This document shows, piece by piece, positions 61,458-64,000 of a DNA stretch of 64,000 nt (position 1 is the stretch's first letter; every line of letters starts with the position of its first letter). The stretch lies in NCBI RefSeq assembly GCF_009914755.1, contig NC_060925.1; one strand, written 5' to 3'. Under the pieces are notes generated by a model. It was not told the origin of the DNA. It did not search any database and was given only the letters and a program-made list of their open reading frames with translations. Origin of the DNA: the human T2T-CHM13v2.0 reference genome, Homo sapiens. The position numbers and the translations under genes were made by a program.

Positions 61458-62339
61458 CTCTATATTGGTGCATTTTATTTCTGAAATTGTTGCTCACTTT
61501 TATAAATAAGTCCAATTTCCTCTACGATGTAAAGAAACCTATGGAGGAGACAACAACCAAATCTATCAAGGAACAATAGACTATAACACAGGTTGTTTGC
61601 TAATTATCCCTGCCGCTGCAGCTGATTAGGATCACCCCAAATCTGAGTTGGATGAGCATTGCTTCACGAATAAGCATCAGAATTTATTCAACAGACAGTT
61701 GTTACGAGCTTCTTGTTTTTCAGGCAGTATGGCAAGTAATGGGGATGCAAAATAGAGTAAGACAGTACCTTCTGAAGTGGAACTTGGAAGTCAAGATGAA
61801 TTTGTGCCATCTGTTATTGCCACTGAGACAACTGTGACTATCAAACATTTGGGGCAGTGGGACTGTAATAATTTACTGAGAAAAAAAGAGGCCATAAAGT
61901 GTCAGGAAAATCAAAGTTTGGACTAGTCTGAAATTTTAATCACACTAGAAATATACAAAGTAATGTATTGAGCTTTTGTGCAGTTTGCCTGCAATACATG
62001 TTTTAAGGAGACACATAGGCAGAACATGTAGATTCTACCCTGAAGAAACTTGTAGCCTAGTGGGTGGTAACAGAAAAAAGTTAAGAAAAGTTGTGTTTCA
62101 GTAAAATGAGGAAATTGTATTCTGCATAGATGTCAAGTAGGTAGGTCAGAGAGGAGAACATCGCCAGGCCGTTGAAATTTTCAACACTGTGTTAACAGAT
62201 TCAAAAAGAAGACAAATTATTGTATAAGAAAGTCACAATGCAGCAAGACGGAATAGATAACATTGTAATTGTTGCCAAAGCTGTAATCAAAGAAGAGGCT
62301 TTGCTTTTATGTGGGATGTTTATTGTCTATCTAGTTCTT

Positions 62340-62652
<313 letters not shown>

Positions 62653-62730
62653 ATTGTCTATCTAGTTCTTAATTCAGTATTAGGGAAGGAAGGTGAAATG
62701 TTTTTGGCCCTCCTTGGCCACCCTTATTCC

Positions 62731-62826
62731 TTGCCATAAGATAAAGAAAGGATATTTCTTCTCACAGTAGGAGGATGATTGCCATAAGATACAGAAAGAA
62801 TATTTCTCCTCACAGTAGCAGGATGA
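62731..62826. repeat. 48-bp tandem duplication
   Basis: Two adjacent copies of TTGCCATAAGATA...AGGATGA with 4 mismatches. Confidence 0.9.
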
Positions 62827-63709
62827 TTAACCTCAAGTCCTGGGTCACACTAAAGGCAGTAAGAATGAGTAAGAAAGGAGGAGGCACATCAAGAAAAGAA
62901 TGTACCTCTTTTTCCCTTTTCCCAGAGCCGTGGGTGCACCCTATTCATTTATCTTCTGTCATTTGGTTAAAGATAGGAGTTTCCAGACTGAACTGTTGTC
63001 TCAGCGGAGAAAATTAGGATAAGTTTGGGGTTCACAGTGAAATGTGAGAAGTACAGGAAACAGAAAAAAATCAAGATACAAGCATAGAGACAAAAAGGAA
63101 ACAAGGAAGAAAAATTGAGGCCTCCTCAATCCACCACCATCAATAAGACCTTTCTTCTTAAAAGACAAGGACCACGTGGAAACACTGTTTTCCTTTCCCA
63201 TGGAACAAGCAAAATGCTTTATAAATAGGGCTCAGTAAAGAATTAGCACAAAAGAATGCTAAAATTACACTTAAAAATGGTTTAAAGCAAAAAAAAAAAA
63301 AAAGCTTAAAGCAATAACCCAAGATGGTAAGATAAACAGCAAAAACATTTCAAAGGATGAGCTCTAGTCTTTCTGGCATCTTCATGTTCTGTTTAAGAGA
63401 AATGAGGGTCCAGGAAATAACTGGGACTTGGAAAGTGTCTGGCCATGTTCTTTCTGTCCCACCTGGAGCACAAAGGGAACCTTGTCATTGGACAAGAAAA
63501 GGCAAGTACTTGCCTTTTCCATGTGGGTCTCCTTATTTCCTCAACTGGTGATTTTATTCAGTGGCTCATCAAAACATTGATGTGTCTTGACAGCTCTTGA
63601 ACTAATTCAGACCTCTGCTGTGAGGAGTTGGAGCCACATTTGGTAACAATGCAGTATGTTGTACTGGAAGATAAATTGATTTACAAGTAATCTCTCCTTT
63701 CTCAGAAAC

Positions 63710-63847
63710 ATGATTCCCGTGACAGAATTCCGGCAGTTCTCTGAGCAGCAGCCTGCCTTCCGAGTGCTGAAGCCATGGTGGGATGTGTTTACCGATTACC
63801 TCTCAGTAGCCATGCTCATGATCGGCGTGTTTGGATGTACTTTACAG
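63710..63847 (+). CDS. LRRC8C: LRRC8C (VRAC subunit) first coding exon, aa 1-46; exon spans 63706-63847; CDS continues beyond the window
   Basis: Acceptor TCTCTCCTTTCTCAG|AAAC ATG; translates [46 protein letters not shown] (LRRC8 KPWWD motif, TM1); phase-0 donor CAG|GTAGGT. Confidence 0.98.
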
Positions 63848-64000
63848 GTAGGTGCCTAGATCCCTGGCAAAATGGGGGCCAGAGCAAAGCACAAGTCATT
63901 GAAACCTCTTTAGGGAGCTGGCTGTGTGATTTTTAACCATGTAAGTATTAGTCACTGTTCTCTGTGGATGTATTTGTAATCATAGCAGAGAACCTGAAAC

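Overview
This is human genomic DNA; a human-specific AluYb8 is present. It is the 5' end of LRRC8C, a subunit of the volume-regulated anion channel VRAC (chr1p22 from recall). The window holds the CpG-island promoter, non-coding exon 1 (donor GAG|GTAAGG at 10557), the whole ~53-kb intron 1, and exon 2 (63706-63847). Exon 2 encodes residues 1-46, [27 protein letters not shown]...GCTLQ. A spliced divergent lncRNA (LRRC8C-DT/FLJ27354 from recall) is supported on the minus strand by splice and poly(A) signals. Intron 1 carries a TSD-flanked, frameshifted NDUFA4 (COXFA4) processed pseudogene in antisense, plus many Alus, L1/L2 fragments, LTRs and DNA transposons. Nearly all ORF-track ORFs are repeat- or GC-derived noise. 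I see no prokaryotic-type system. Best leads: (1) a uORF in frame with the LRRC8C CDS and separated from it by a single TGA; (2) the NDUFA4 retrocopy, which keeps the ancestral protein sequence and a miR-147-like site/vestigial hairpin; (3) three identical STAT GAS 9-mers upstream of the promoter; (4) an intronic RFX/ETS-IRF motif cluster; (5) an antisense AluYb8 1 kb before the first coding exon. Repeat subfamily calls and parent-gene comparisons are from memory, not from searches.
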